Below, in pieces: positions 9,422-18,127 of a stretch of 32,000 nucleotides of DNA. Under the pieces are notes generated by a model. That model ran no database searches, was not told the origin of the DNA, and was given only the letters and a program-made list of their open reading frames with translations. The stretch lies in sequence record CM072920.1, one strand, 5' to 3'. The position numbers were made by a program, and so were the translations under genes. The stretch's first letter is position 1, and each line of letters begins with the position of its first letter.

Positions 9422-9815
9422 TGATTTTTCATAACATATTGAACCTTTTGGAGTGCATTTAACACTATAGATTAAACATCAAATATATTTATTTTTTTTT
9501 TATGTAAATAAATTTTAACATAAAAAAATAAATATGCAATATTTTTATTAAAAATAATGCTTTTATTTCCTTAGCTTTAGGAATTTTAGTAGCTAACGTA
9601 ACATCAGTTGATGCTATTTTTTTACATGAGTAAAAGGGTCGCGAATCGCTTTTGTAAAAATTTCATTTGGTCCAGTTCGAAAAACTGGGTTTTTGTAATT
9701 AAATGAAATTAATTCCAGTTTTTTTCCTTTTCTTTTTACAAAAATTTCATTTTTGTTTTTTTTTCTGTTTTAAACTTGGAATATACAAAGTTTTTAAAAG
9801 GGAAACCAACTCTCT

Positions 9816-9835
9816 ACGCTTCGCTTTTTAGAAAA
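9816..9835 (+). repeat. GC-containing SDR motif ACGYTKCGCTTTTTAGAAAA, copy 1
   Basis: ACGCTTCGCTTTTTAGAAAA. Confidence 0.7.
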
Positions 9836-10056
9836 ATAAAAGGAAAAAGAAAAAGAACTGGAAAAGGAAACAAAAAGCTACAGTATTCGGGATAATAGTG
9901 CCATACGCAGTATGCGTCTGGAACCATTATTTGTTTTTGATAGTAGAGAAACCACAAATATATAAAATGTAGAAGCAATAATTTTAGTATAATAATTTTG
10001 TAATATTATTGTTTTATATTTTTATTTAATTTCTTTTTATAAATTTTAAATACATC

Positions 10057-10085
10057 TTGACAAAAAATTTATATTAAATTAGTAT
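10057..10085 (+). promoter_or_regulatory. candidate sigma70-type (PEP) promoter upstream of trnM-trnE
   Basis: TTGACA (10057-10062), a 17-nt spacer, then TAGTAT (10080-10085). It ends 26 nt before the tRNA 5' end. Confidence 0.3.
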
Positions 10086-10111
10086 TAAACATAGTGAACC
10101 TTAAAATAAAT

Positions 10112-10185
10112 AGCGGAGTAGAGCAGTCTGGTAGCTCGTAAGGCTCATAACCTTAAGGTCGTAGGTTCAAATCCTATCTCCGCTC
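10112..10185 (+). tRNA. trnM: tRNA-Met (CAU), initiator-like sequence
   Basis: AGCGGAG-TA-GAGC-AGTCTGGTA-GCTC-G-TAAGG-CTCATAA-CCTTA-AGGTC-GTAGG-TTCAAAT-CCTAT-CTCCGCT-C. The D and anticodon arms resemble plastid trnfM, but the subtype (fM versus elongator or Ile-CAU) is not proven. Confidence 0.85.
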
Positions 10186-10246
10186 GGTTATTTTTCTTTC
10201 TGATTGACAGAAAAAATAAAAACCATTATATTATTCAAACAAATAA

Positions 10247-10319
10247 GCCCCCATCGTCTAGAGGCCTAGGACATCTCCCTTTCACGGAGGAAACGGGGAT
10301 TCGAATTCCCCTGGGGGTA
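10247..10319 (+). tRNA. trnE: tRNA-Glu (UUC)
   Basis: GCCCCCA-TC-GTCT-AGAGGCCTA-GGAC-A-TCTCC-CTTTCAC-GGAGG-AAAC-GGGGA-TTCGAAT-TCCCC-TGGGGGT-A, 73 nt. Confidence 0.92.
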
Positions 10320-10444
10320 GACAAGTTTTTTATAAAACATTAAAATATTGATAGTTTGAAGAAAAATAATCAACCCTGTTTATATTTGTACGCTAAGTGA
10401 ATTACAGTTTTTTTTTGGAACACTAGTTGCTGTTCTGTTTCCTT

Positions 10445-10462
10445 TTCTAAAAAGCGCAGCGT
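10445..10462 (-). repeat. same motif, copy 2 (reverse orientation)
   Basis: The plus strand reads TTCTAAAAAGCGCAGCGT, whose reverse complement is ACGCTGCGCTTTTTAGAA. About 65 nt of flanking sequence resembles the copy at 28430-28495. Confidence 0.7.
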
Positions 10463-10891
10463 GTTTATTTTTACGATGTAAAAATAAATGGAGTTTAAAA
10501 AAAAAAAAGGAAAAATAATAGGTTCCAGTTCTTGTTTTTTCAATTTATTTTTTCATTTCCAGGTTTTACCAGGAATTACCTGGAATAAATAAAGTTGGTT
10601 CTTTTTACAAAAACAAAGTTTTTGCAAAAGGAAAATAAGCTAAACCAACAAAGACTGGAACTTGAACTTGAACCTATGACAAAATCAGAAGTTCCTTTTA
10701 CAAAAACAAGTTTGGTTCCAAAAACTGGGTTTTTAGAAAAGAACTAACAAAGTTTTTGAAACAACTAGAAATGGAAACAGAACGTAAAAAAATTTTGTTG
10801 TTCAATTATTTTTCTACTAAAAATTGATTTTTTATTTTTAAATAACACTTCCGTATATAATATTGTTTATCAAAAAAAGGATTTTTTTATT

Positions 10892-11239
10892 ATGACTCGA
10901 GTAAAACGAGGAAATGTTGCTAGAAAACGACGAAAACAAGTATTAAAGTTAGCTCAAGGTTTTAGAGGATCTTCTTCTAAATTATTTAGAACAGCTCAAC
11001 AACGAACCATGAAAGCATTATCTTATTCATATCAAGATCGCCAAAAGAAAAAACGACAATTTGTAGGTCTTTGGGTTACTCGTTTAAATGCTGCAGCTCA
11101 TATTTATGGTATGAATTATAGTAGTTTTAGAAATTTACTTAAAAATAATGGTATTTTATTAAATCGAAAAGTATTAAGTCAAGTAGCTATTAGAGATCAA
11201 GAAGCTTTTCATCAACTAATCTCTATAATTAAAAAATAG
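10892..11239 (+). CDS. rpl20: 50S ribosomal protein L20
   Basis: 115-aa ORF starting MTRVKRGNVARKRRKQVLKLAQGFRG, the canonical L20 N-terminus. Confidence 0.95.
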   Translation: MTRVKRGNVARKRRKQVLKLAQGFRGSSSKLFRTAQQRTMKALSYSYQDRQKKKRQFVGLWVTRLNAAAHIYGMNYSSFRNLLKNNGILLNRKVLSQVAIRDQEAFHQLISIIKK

Positions 11240-11533
11240 CAGGTTGATTTTTCTTTTTTTTTATTTTTGGTTTTTAATTTAAAAATCTTAAATTTAAAAC
11301 TACTATTCCAAAAACAAATGATTTTTCTTAATAAAAAAAATTTTATTAAGAATAAAAAATATGTTACTTTAAAAATAAAACAAAAAGAATTAAAAATTAA
11401 TAACTTTTTAAAAAATAATTCAATAGATTTTTCTATTGAATTATTTTCACCTAGCTTTTAGTTTTTATATTTCATTTTTGTTCCAAAAATCAATATAAAA
11501 ATGAAAGAAAACTAAAATATAAACGATAATTTT

Positions 11534-11565
11534 GATTTACTTGCTTGATTTACTTGCTTGATTTA
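11534..11565. repeat. tandem repeat, 13-nt unit GATTTACTTGCTT x 2.4
   Basis: Units at 11534-11546 and 11547-11559, plus a partial unit at 11560-11565. The complementary AAGTAAATC follows at 11568-11576. Confidence 0.8.
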
Positions 11566-11634
11566 AAAAGTAAATCAAATTCCAAAAACAAAGTTTTTGG
11601 AACCAAATTATAAATTTAACTTTTATTGATAAAA

Positions 11635-11952
11635 ATGGTTACTATTCAAAAAAAACGAAAAAGTATAAAATCTATTAAAGGTCGACGTAAACCTATTCCT
11701 GTAATTATTCCTAAAAAAGGACAAGGTAATCTGTGGAATATTAATGAACCAGCTCCTCGTTATTTAATGGATTATAAAAATACAAAACTTTTAGTAAAAT
11801 TTATTAGTCCACAAGGAAAAATATTACCACGCAGAGCAACAGGATTAACTGCCAAACAACAACGTTCTATGGCAAATGCTATTAAAAGAGCTCGTATGAG
11901 TGGATTATTACCGTTTGTTAATTTAGAGATTTCTGGTAAAAGAATTGATTAA
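11635..11952 (+). CDS. rps18: 30S ribosomal protein S18
   Basis: The ORF contains the S18 core [33 protein letters not shown] place the start at the first ATG (11635); the track ORF begins at an in-frame TTG at 11626. Confidence 0.9.
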   Translation: MVTIQKKRKSIKSIKGRRKPIPVIIPKKGQGNLWNINEPAPRYLMDYKNTKLLVKFISPQGKILPRRATGLTAKQQRSMANAIKRARMSGLLPFVNLEISGKRID

Positions 11953-11962
11953 TCACTTTTTT

Positions 11963-11994
11963 TTCCAAAAAGTTTGGAAACAACCTTTTTGGAA
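11963..11994. repeat. 32-nt hairpin element TTCCAAAAAG-TTTGGAAACAAC-CTTTTTGGAA, copy 1 (after rps18)
   Basis: 10-bp stem and 12-nt loop, 11 nt after the rps18 stop. Confidence 0.8.
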
Positions 11995-12229
11995 AATAAG
12001 ATTGATTTTTTTATTTTTCTCAAAAGTTTTATTTTTTAATTAATTTTTACTTGTTTTTGTAAAAAAAAGTAAAAATTTTTAAAATTAAATCAAAAGATAT
12101 TTCATAAAATAATTTATAAATTTAAGTTAAAAAATAAATAAAAAAATTAAATTCAATGGTAATGGTTATATTAACACTACCAAACATTAATTTTTTCTGA
12201 GAAAATAAAACAAAAATGTTTTTATCAAT

Positions 12230-12302
12230 CACGCCTTGTAGGACTTGAACCCACGACATCAGGTTTTGGAAACCTGCGTTCTACCAACTGAACTAAAAGC
12301 GT
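12230..12302 (-). tRNA. trnW: tRNA-Trp (CCA)
   Basis: Reverse complement reads ACGCTTT-TA-GTTC-AGTTGGTA-GAAC-G-CAGGT-TTCCAAA-ACCTG-ATGTC-GTGGG-TTCAAGT-CCTAC-AAGGCGT-G. Confidence 0.9.
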
Positions 12303-12376
12303 TCGGGATGACAGGATTCGAACCTGCGACTTCCTGTTCCCAAAACAGGAGCGCTACCAAACTGCGCTACATCCCG
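12303..12376 (-). tRNA. trnP: tRNA-Pro (UGG)
   Basis: Reverse complement reads CGGGATG-TA-GCGC-AGTTTGGTA-GCGC-T-CCTGT-TTTGGGA-ACAGG-AAGTC-GCAGG-TTCGAAT-CCTGT-CATCCCG-A. Confidence 0.9.
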
Positions 12377-12453
12377 ATATTTTTTATAACTTTTAGTGTA
12401 CACAAGACTTTGAAAAGTTGCAAGTTAATTTTTTAAAGAAATGGAATTAGGTG

Positions 12454-12494
12454 AATTTTTATATTCATTTTGTTCCAAAATGAATATAAAAATT
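12454..12494. repeat. 18-bp perfect hairpin with GTTCC loop
   Basis: AATTTTTATATTCATTTT-GTTCC-AAAATGAATATAAAAATT. A related imperfect copy lies near 11462-11505. Confidence 0.8.
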
Positions 12495-12535
12495 AAAGTG
12501 AATTAAGAATAAAAACAAATTAAAATAACAATTTA

Positions 12536-12567
12536 TTCCAAAAAGTTTGGAAACAAACTTTTTGGAA
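12536..12567. repeat. same 32-nt element, copy 2 (before psaJ)
   Basis: TTCCAAAAAGTTTGGAAACAAACTTTTTGGAA, 20 nt upstream of the psaJ ATG. Confidence 0.8.
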
Positions 12568-12571
12568 ATAA

Positions 12572-12577
12572 AAGGAG
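12572..12577 (+). promoter_or_regulatory. Shine-Dalgarno-like AAGGAG upstream of psaJ
   Basis: 9 nt before the ATG at 12587. Confidence 0.45.
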
Positions 12578-12586
12578 AAGTCAATT

Positions 12587-12712
12587 ATGAAAGATTTTAC
12601 TATTTATTTATCTACAGCTCCTGTAATGGCTATAATTAGTTTAATAGCTGTATCCGGATTATTAATTGAAATTAATCGTTTTTTCCCTGATGCTTTAATT
12701 TTTGGTTTTTAA
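12587..12712 (+). CDS. psaJ: photosystem I subunit IX
   Basis: Hand-translated 41 codons: [41 protein letters not shown], then a stop. The canonical PsaJ motif [13 protein letters not shown] is present. AAGGAG lies 9 nt upstream. Confidence 0.9.
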   Translation: MKDFTIYLSTAPVMAIISLIAVSGLLIEINRFFPDALIFGF

Positions 12713-12767
12713 TTAAAATTTAAAGTTTATAAATGTATAAAAATTTATAGTTTAATGTGACAAAAAA

Positions 12768-13139
12768 ATGCCAACAATTCAACAATTAGTTAGATCTGCA
12801 CGAACACGTATTTCGAAAAAAACAAAATCACCTGCGCTTAAAAGTTGTCCGCAAAGACGAGGAGTTTGTACTCGCGTTTATACTACAACTCCAAAAAAGC
12901 CAAATTCTGCATTACGTAAAGTAGCTCGTGTTAGACTTACGTCTGGTTTTGAAATTACTGCGTATATCCCAGGAATCGGACATAATCTACAAGAACATTC
13001 TGTTGTTCTTATCAGAGGAGGTCGTGTAAAAGATTTACCAGGTGTTCGTTATCATATTATTCGTGGAAAGCTAGATTCAGCTGGTGTAAAAGAACGTTCT
13101 CAAAGTCGTTCAAAATATGGTGTAAAACGTCCAAAATAA
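12768..13139 (+). CDS. rps12: 30S ribosomal protein S12 (continuous, not trans-spliced)
   Basis: 123-aa ORF starting [14 protein letters not shown], with the block [21 protein letters not shown]. Confidence 0.97.
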   Translation: MPTIQQLVRSARTRISKKTKSPALKSCPQRRGVCTRVYTTTPKKPNSALRKVARVRLTSGFEITAYIPGIGHNLQEHSVVLIRGGRVKDLPGVRYHIIRGKLDSAGVKERSQSRSKYGVKRPK

Positions 13140-13169
13140 AATTTTATTGATTAAGAGTGAAAAGTATAT

Positions 13170-13637
13170 ATGTCTCGTAGACGTACTCAAAAAAAACGTA
13201 TTGTAATGCCAGATCCTGTATATGATAGTCGTCTGGTTGAACTTCTAGTTCGACAACTTATGCGACAAGGAAAAAAATCATTAGCCTATAGAATAATGTA
13301 TTCCAGCATGAATGAACTAGCTAAAACTCAACAAGATCCATTGATAGTTATTGAACAAGCAATACGAAATGCTACACCTTTATTAGAAGTGAAAGCTAGA
13401 CGTATTGGTGGTTCTACATATCAAGTTCCTTTAGAAGTAGCTCCTGAACGAGGTACAGCTCTTGCCATTCGTTGGATTCTTATAGCTTGTCGTAGTAGAT
13501 CTGGAAAAACAATGTCAAATAGACTTACTAGTGAATTACTGGAAGCATCAAAAAATACAGGTAGTGCTATTCGAAAAAGAGATGAAGTTCACAAAATGGC
13601 TGAAGCAAATAGAGCTTTTGCTAAATATCGTTTTTAA
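13170..13637 (+). CDS. rps7: 30S ribosomal protein S7
   Basis: 155-aa ORF with S7 blocks ([34 protein letters not shown]). It lies immediately after rps12, as in the str operon. Confidence 0.96.
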   Translation: MSRRRTQKKRIVMPDPVYDSRLVELLVRQLMRQGKKSLAYRIMYSSMNELAKTQQDPLIVIEQAIRNATPLLEVKARRIGGSTYQVPLEVAPERGTALAIRWILIACRSRSGKTMSNRLTSELLEASKNTGSAIRKRDEVHKMAEANRAFAKYRF

Positions 13638-13770
13638 TTATTTATATTGTAAATTTTTTTATTTTTATCTAATTTAGATTTATTTTTATTTAATAAAAAA
13701 ACATAAAAAAATTTACAATCATAAAGATTATAGAAAATCTTTATCTGTTTAATTAACTTTTTTGCATTTG

Positions 13771-13802
13771 TTCCAAAAAGTTTGTTTCCAAACTTTTTGG
13801 AA
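13771..13802. repeat. same 32-nt element, copy 3, opposite orientation (after rps7)
   Basis: TTCCAAAAAGTTTGTTTCCAAACTTTTTGGAA is the exact reverse complement of copy 2. Confidence 0.8.
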
Positions 13803-13906
13803 ACAAAAAATAAATGTAAAAAAAAATGAAACATTTTAGTTATTAAAATTAATCATTAATACATCAAGATCAAATATATAAAATAAATAAAAAAAAGGAA
13901 ATTATT

Positions 13907-15136
13907 ATGGCACGTCAAAAATTTGAACGTAAAAAACCACATGTTAATATTGGAACTATCGGTCACGTTGACCACGGAAAAACTACATTAACTGCAGCAA
14001 TTACAATGGCTTTAGCCGCTTGTGGTGGTGGAAAAGGACGAAAATATGATGATATTGATTCTGCACCAGAAGAAAAAGCACGTGGTATTACAATTAATAC
14101 AGCTCATGTAGAATATGAAACTGAAAATCGTCATTATGCTCACGTAGATTGCCCTGGTCATGCTGATTACGTAAAAAATATGATCACTGGAGCAGCACAA
14201 ATGGATGGTGCAATTCTTGTAGTATCTGGTGCTGATGGTCCTATGCCGCAAACAAAAGAACATTTACTTTTAGCAAAACAAGTAGGTGTACCAAATATTG
14301 TTGTTTTCCTTAATAAAGAAGATCAAGTTGATGATACTGAAATATTAGAGTTAGTAGAATATGAAATTCGTGAAACTTTATATAATTATGACTTTAAAGA
14401 TCCTGAGATTCCAATTGTTTCAGGATCAGCTCTTTTAGCTTTAGAAGCTTTAACAGAAAATCCTCAAATTCAACCTGGTCAAAATAAATGGGTTGATAAA
14501 ATTTATGATTTAATGAAACAAGTTGATTCTTACATTCCAACTCCAGAACGTGATACAGATAAACCGTTTTTGATGGCTGTAGAAGATGTTTTTTCCATTA
14601 CAGGACGTGGTACGGTTGCAACAGGTCGTGTGGAACGTGGAACAGTAAAAATTGGTGATAGTGTTGAATTAATTGGACTACGCCCAACTAAAACATTAAC
14701 AGTAACAGGTTTAGAAATGTTTCAAAAAACATTAGATGAAAGTGTTGCTGGTGATAATGTTGGTGTACTTTTACGTGGTGTTCAAAAAACAGATGTAGAA
14801 CGTGGAATGGTTTTAGCTAAACCTGGTACAATTAATCCACATACAAAATTTGAAGCACAAGTATATGTTTTAACAAAAGAAGAAGGTGGTCGTCATACTC
14901 CATTTTTTGCTGGTTATCGACCACAATTTTATGTTAGAACAACTGATGTTACTGGAAAAATTGAATCTTTTCGTGCTGATGATGATAGTGCTACTCAAAT
15001 GGTAATGCCAGGTGACCGTATTAAAATGATTGTTGAGCTTATTCAGCCAATTGCCATTGAAAATGGAATGCGTTTTGCTATTCGTGAAGGTGGTCGCACT
15101 GTAGGTGCCGGAGTTGTTTCAAAAATTCTCCAATAA
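13907..15136 (+). CDS. tufA: translation elongation factor Tu
   Basis: 409-aa ORF with the G-domain motifs [17 protein letters not shown] and NKED. A plastid-encoded tufA indicates an algal rather than land-plant plastome. Confidence 0.98.
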   Translation: MARQKFERKKPHVNIGTIGHVDHGKTTLTAAITMALAACGGGKGRKYDDIDSAPEEKARGITINTAHVEYETENRHYAHVDCPGHADYVKNMITGAAQMDGAILVVSGADGPMPQTKEHLLLAKQVGVPNIVVFLNKEDQVDDTEILELVEYEIRETLYNYDFKDPEIPIVSGSALLALEALTENPQIQPGQNKWVDKIYDLMKQVDSYIPTPERDTDKPFLMAVEDVFSITGRGTVATGRVERGTVKIGDSVELIGLRPTKTLTVTGLEMFQKTLDESVAGDNVGVLLRGVQKTDVERGMVLAKPGTINPHTKFEAQVYVLTKEEGGRHTPFFAGYRPQFYVRTTDVTGKIESFRADDDSATQMVMPGDRIKMIVELIQPIAIENGMRFAIREGGRTVGAGVVSKILQ

Positions 15137-15229
15137 AAATTAGTTTTTAATTTTATCTTTTTTAGTTATTTTTTTTACTTTCATTTTGTTCCGTTCCATT
15201 TATTTTTTGGAATGAAAAGGAAAAGGAAA

Positions 15230-15292
15230 TACGTTATTAATTTTTACTTTCATTTTTACTTTGTAAAAATGAAAGTAAAAATTAATAACGTA
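15230..15292 (+). terminator. 30-bp perfect stem with 3-nt loop downstream of tufA
   Basis: TACGTTATTAATTTTTACTTTCATTTTTAC-TTT-GTAAAAATGAAAGTAAAAATTAATAACGTA, 94 nt after the tufA stop. Confidence 0.55.
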
Positions 15293-15506
15293 CGAATTGT
15301 TTTTTTACTATGGAAAAAAAGCTAAAAGAACGCGTTTTTCTATATATTTTCCATTATTTTTTATTAATTTGAAAAAAATAAAAAAAACTTCGTCTATTCA
15401 ATTTAGATTTCCATTTATTTTTAAAAATAGAAAGTGAGGAAAACATAGTAAAAAAGATACTAAATTAATGTATTTTGTCTATACAATTGTAAATTTTTTA
15501 TAAAAG

Positions 15507-15926
15507 ATGGCTACCATGACAAAACTTAAACAAATTGTCCAAAATATTCAACATGAATACCTAAAATCTCAGTTACCTGAAATTCGTGTAGGCGATATGG
15601 TTCGCATTGGTGTTTCTATTCAAGAGGGAAATAAACAACGTGTTCAACCTTTTGAAGGAACTGTTATTGCACAACATAAATCTGGTTTAAATACCACGAT
15701 AACAGTAAGAAAAACTTTACAAGGTGTTGGCATCGAAAGAGTATTTCCTCTTCATGGACCTTGTATTACAAGTATTCAAATTATTCGACGAGCTCAGGTT
15801 TCTCGTGCAAAATTATATTATCTTCGCAACCGTACTGGTAAAGCGACTCGATTAAAAGAAAAATTTTCCAGTTTACCTCCTGTTTGGGTTCAGGTATCAG
15901 AAAAAAAATCCAATGCAAATAAATAA
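15507..15926 (+). CDS. rpl19: 50S ribosomal protein L19
   Basis: 139-aa ORF with the L19 core [47 protein letters not shown]. An alternative in-frame ATG lies at 15516. Confidence 0.9.
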   Translation: MATMTKLKQIVQNIQHEYLKSQLPEIRVGDMVRIGVSIQEGNKQRVQPFEGTVIAQHKSGLNTTITVRKTLQGVGIERVFPLHGPCITSIQIIRRAQVSRAKLYYLRNRTGKATRLKEKFSSLPPVWVQVSEKKSNANK

Positions 15927-15957
15927 AAAATTATATAAACCTTAATTTAAGCTCAGC

Positions 15958-16509
15958 ATGACAAACCAAGAAAAAATTATTCGCTATGAAATTAATGGTG
16001 CTCGACGTTTGAGTAATTATATTTGGGGCTCTTTAATGTGTTTAGGCGGTGCTGGTTTTTTATTGACTGGACTCTCAAGTTATTGGAATTTTCAATTATT
16101 TCCTTTTTTAAAATTATCTACTATCCAATTTTTTCCACAAGGACTTGTAATGTGTTTTTATGGAATTTTAGGCTTATTTTTAGGTTTCTATATTTGGTTT
16201 ACTATATATTTAAATCTAGGTCAAGGTTTTAATGAATTTAATATTGAAAAAGGGATAGTTAGAATTTTTCGCTGGGGATTTCCTGGAAAAAACCGTCGTA
16301 TTGATCTTCAATATCCTATTCAAGAGATTCAAAGTATTCGTTTAGATATTCAAGAAGGTTTAAATCCAAAACGTGTAATTTATCTTCGTCTCATCGGGAA
16401 TAGAGAAATTCCATTAACTCGTGCAGGGCAACCTATTAGTATACAAGAAATAGAGAAACAAGCAGTTGAACTTGCAAAATTGCTTCAAGTCTCTCTTGAA
16501 GGTATGTAG
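15958..16509 (+). CDS. ycf4: photosystem I assembly protein Ycf4
   Basis: 183-aa ORF with two N-terminal transmembrane helices and Ycf4 blocks (GARRLSNYIWGSLMCLGGAGFLLTGLSSY, RIFRWGFPGKNRRI). Confidence 0.92.
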   Translation: MTNQEKIIRYEINGARRLSNYIWGSLMCLGGAGFLLTGLSSYWNFQLFPFLKLSTIQFFPQGLVMCFYGILGLFLGFYIWFTIYLNLGQGFNEFNIEKGIVRIFRWGFPGKNRRIDLQYPIQEIQSIRLDIQEGLNPKRVIYLRLIGNREIPLTRAGQPISIQEIEKQAVELAKLLQVSLEGM

Positions 16510-16558
16510 TTTCAATTTTTGTTATTAAATAAAAATTGAAATTTGAATTAAATAGCAA

Positions 16559-16627
16559 TTCCAAAAACACTGTTTTTGGAACCGCCTGTTTTTGTTCGTT
16601 TAAGTTCCAAAAACTTTGTTTTTGGAA
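16559..16627. repeat. two adjacent TTCCAAAAAC..GTTTTTGGAA hairpins downstream of ycf4
   Basis: TTCCAAAAACACTGTTTTTGGAA at 16559-16581 and TTCCAAAAACTTTGTTTTTGGAA at 16605-16627. Confidence 0.8.
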
Positions 16628-16975
16628 AAAGAATTGGAAAATAGAGAATTTTTTTTTCCTTTTGTTTTTTTAATTTAATTTTATCTATATTTAATATGTC
16701 AATAAAAAAAAGGCATTTAAAAATAAGTAAGTTTGTAAAAAAAAAACAAATAGAAACGTTTTGTATTATTTTTATGTAAACTTACATTACTGCTAATATT
16801 TTTTCAAGCATAGTAAATTGAATAACTAACTAGAAATAATTAGAATAATTATTTCTAGTTAGGTTTTATTTTTTTTTTATAAACAAAAAACTAAAAAGGA
16901 ATTCTTTTTTTTATATCTTTATTTTCTAAATTCAATATTGAATATACTATAAAAACTTCTTGGAGTATATGTTTA

Positions 16976-18127
16976 ATGAATAAGCGAGCAGTAGAACAAA
17001 CTGGGTTAATACCACGATCTATAATTCGAACTTTTGAACGTTTTCTAAAACAATTATTGCCTGGTGCTGAAATGTTGGTTATTCAAGAATTTCGTATTTC
17101 ACGTTATCAAGTAATAGTATCTGTAAGATGTTTTCTTACTTTACTTCTAGTTCCGATTATAGTTAATATTTTCTCAAAAACATTTTTAATTACTCCACTT
17201 GTTGAATTTATCTGGAATCAAGATTCTAATGAAATTTTTTTAAATAGTTATCAACAAAAAAGAGCATTAAAAGAATTATATTTTTTTGAAGATAAAATAT
17301 ATTTTGAATCTCTTCTTAATATTGAAACAAGTCAAAAAAACGAGAAAATCAATATTTCAGTATTTTCATTTCCTTTTTTGGAAAAGGAACCAACTGTGTT
17401 TTTGGAAAACGAAAATGAAAACAAAAATAGAAAGGAAAAGCAAAACCAAACCCTAGGTCAACCAGTTGATCACATCATAGCTCAAAGCACAATACTAAAT
17501 GAAACGCTATCTTTAGACTCGCCTAATGCGCAAAATTTTGTCACTTCGCTTACTAACGCAACCGCGTTTGGTGCTTTAGCTGCTTCCACTAATGTGGGAG
17601 GGACGCAAATAACTAACGCGACACCTTTCGGTACACAAGTCGATAAAGCAGCAGCGTTCGGGACGCAAGTTGTTAATGCAACCAATTTAGGAAAAAATTA
17701 TCAAAATAAAATACTTGAAATTGCTACTACTTTTAATAAAGAAAGTATAGAATCCATCAGTAACTTATTTGCGGATTTTTTTAGTTTTTTTAGTTTTAGT
17801 CTTGTTTTTATTTTAATGAAACCTCAAATTATTATTTTAAAATCATTTTTAGCTGAATCATTATATAGTTTAAGTGACACAACAAAATCTTTTTTACTTA
17901 TTTTAGGAACAGATTTATTAGTTGGTTTTCATTCTCCTCATGGATGGGAAGTTTTTTTAGAGGGTTTTTTAAGACATTTAGGTTTGCCTGAAAATGTTGA
18001 ATTTATGTCGTTATTTGTTGCTACATTTCCTGTATTTTTAGATACTGTTTTTAAATATTGGATTTTTCGTTCACTAAACAAAATTTCTCCTTCAACAGTT
18101 GCTACATATCATAATATGATTGAATAA
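16976..18127 (+). CDS. cemA: envelope membrane protein CemA/Ycf10, with a large internal insertion
   Basis: The C-terminal third is canonical CemA (FHSPHGWEVFLEGF, TFPVFLDTVFKYWIFRSLNKISPSTVATYHNMIE). At 383 aa it exceeds the roughly 230 aa seen in land plants, because of the region around codons 128-240. Confidence 0.88.
   Translation: MNKRAVEQTGLIPRSIIRTFERFLKQLLPGAEMLVIQEFRISRYQVIVSVRCFLTLLLVPIIVNIFSKTFLITPLVEFIWNQDSNEIFLNSYQQKRALKELYFFEDKIYFESLLNIETSQKNEKINISVFSFPFLEKEPTVFLENENENKNRKEKQNQTLGQPVDHIIAQSTILNETLSLDSPNAQNFVTSLTNATAFGALAASTNVGGTQITNATPFGTQVDKAAAFGTQVVNATNLGKNYQNKILEIATTFNKESIESISNLFADFFSFFSFSLVFILMKPQIIILKSFLAESLYSLSDTTKSFLLILGTDLLVGFHSPHGWEVFLEGFLRHLGLPENVEFMSLFVATFPVFLDTVFKYWIFRSLNKISPSTVATYHNMIE
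17374..17421 (+). repeat. SDR module inside the cemA reading frame
   Basis: TTTTTTGGAAAAGGAACCAACTGTGTTTTTGGAAAACGAAAATGAAAA is translated as FLEKEPTVFLENENE. It has the same core as the rps8 and rpoA modules. Confidence 0.75.
17552..17695 (+). repeat. GC-richer imperfect tandem repeats inside cemA (peptide motif NAT-x-FG-x)
   Basis: Related units begin near 17552 (ACTAACGCAACCGCGTTTGGTGCT), 17611 (AACTAACGCGACACCTTTCGGTACA), 17645 and 17672. They encode NATAFGA, NATPFGT, KAAAFGT and NATNLG. Confidence 0.7.

Noticed and set aside
9532-9630. Stop-free frame encoding a hydrophobic peptide (...NNAFISLALGILVANVTSVDAIFLHE) that could be a small thylakoid protein gene
   Set aside because: There is no ATG, GTG or TTG start in frame; only ATA and ATT are available. 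I cannot match it convincingly to PsaI, PsaM, PetL, PetN, Ycf12 or another small plastid protein. It deserves a profile search but is unsupported as it stands.
8580-10890. Possible CRISPR-like array, suggested by the many short repeats
   Set aside because: The repeats are palindromic hairpins from several families, in both orientations and at irregular spacing. They are not a regularly spaced direct repeat with unique spacers. There are no cas genes, and the context is a plastid.
12245-12436. 63-aa ORF on the plus strand
   Set aside because: It is the antisense reading of trnW and trnP.
17482-17685. 67-aa ORF antisense within cemA
   Set aside because: It coincides exactly with the GC-richer tandem-repeat segment of cemA. 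The absence of stops is a by-product of the repeat composition.
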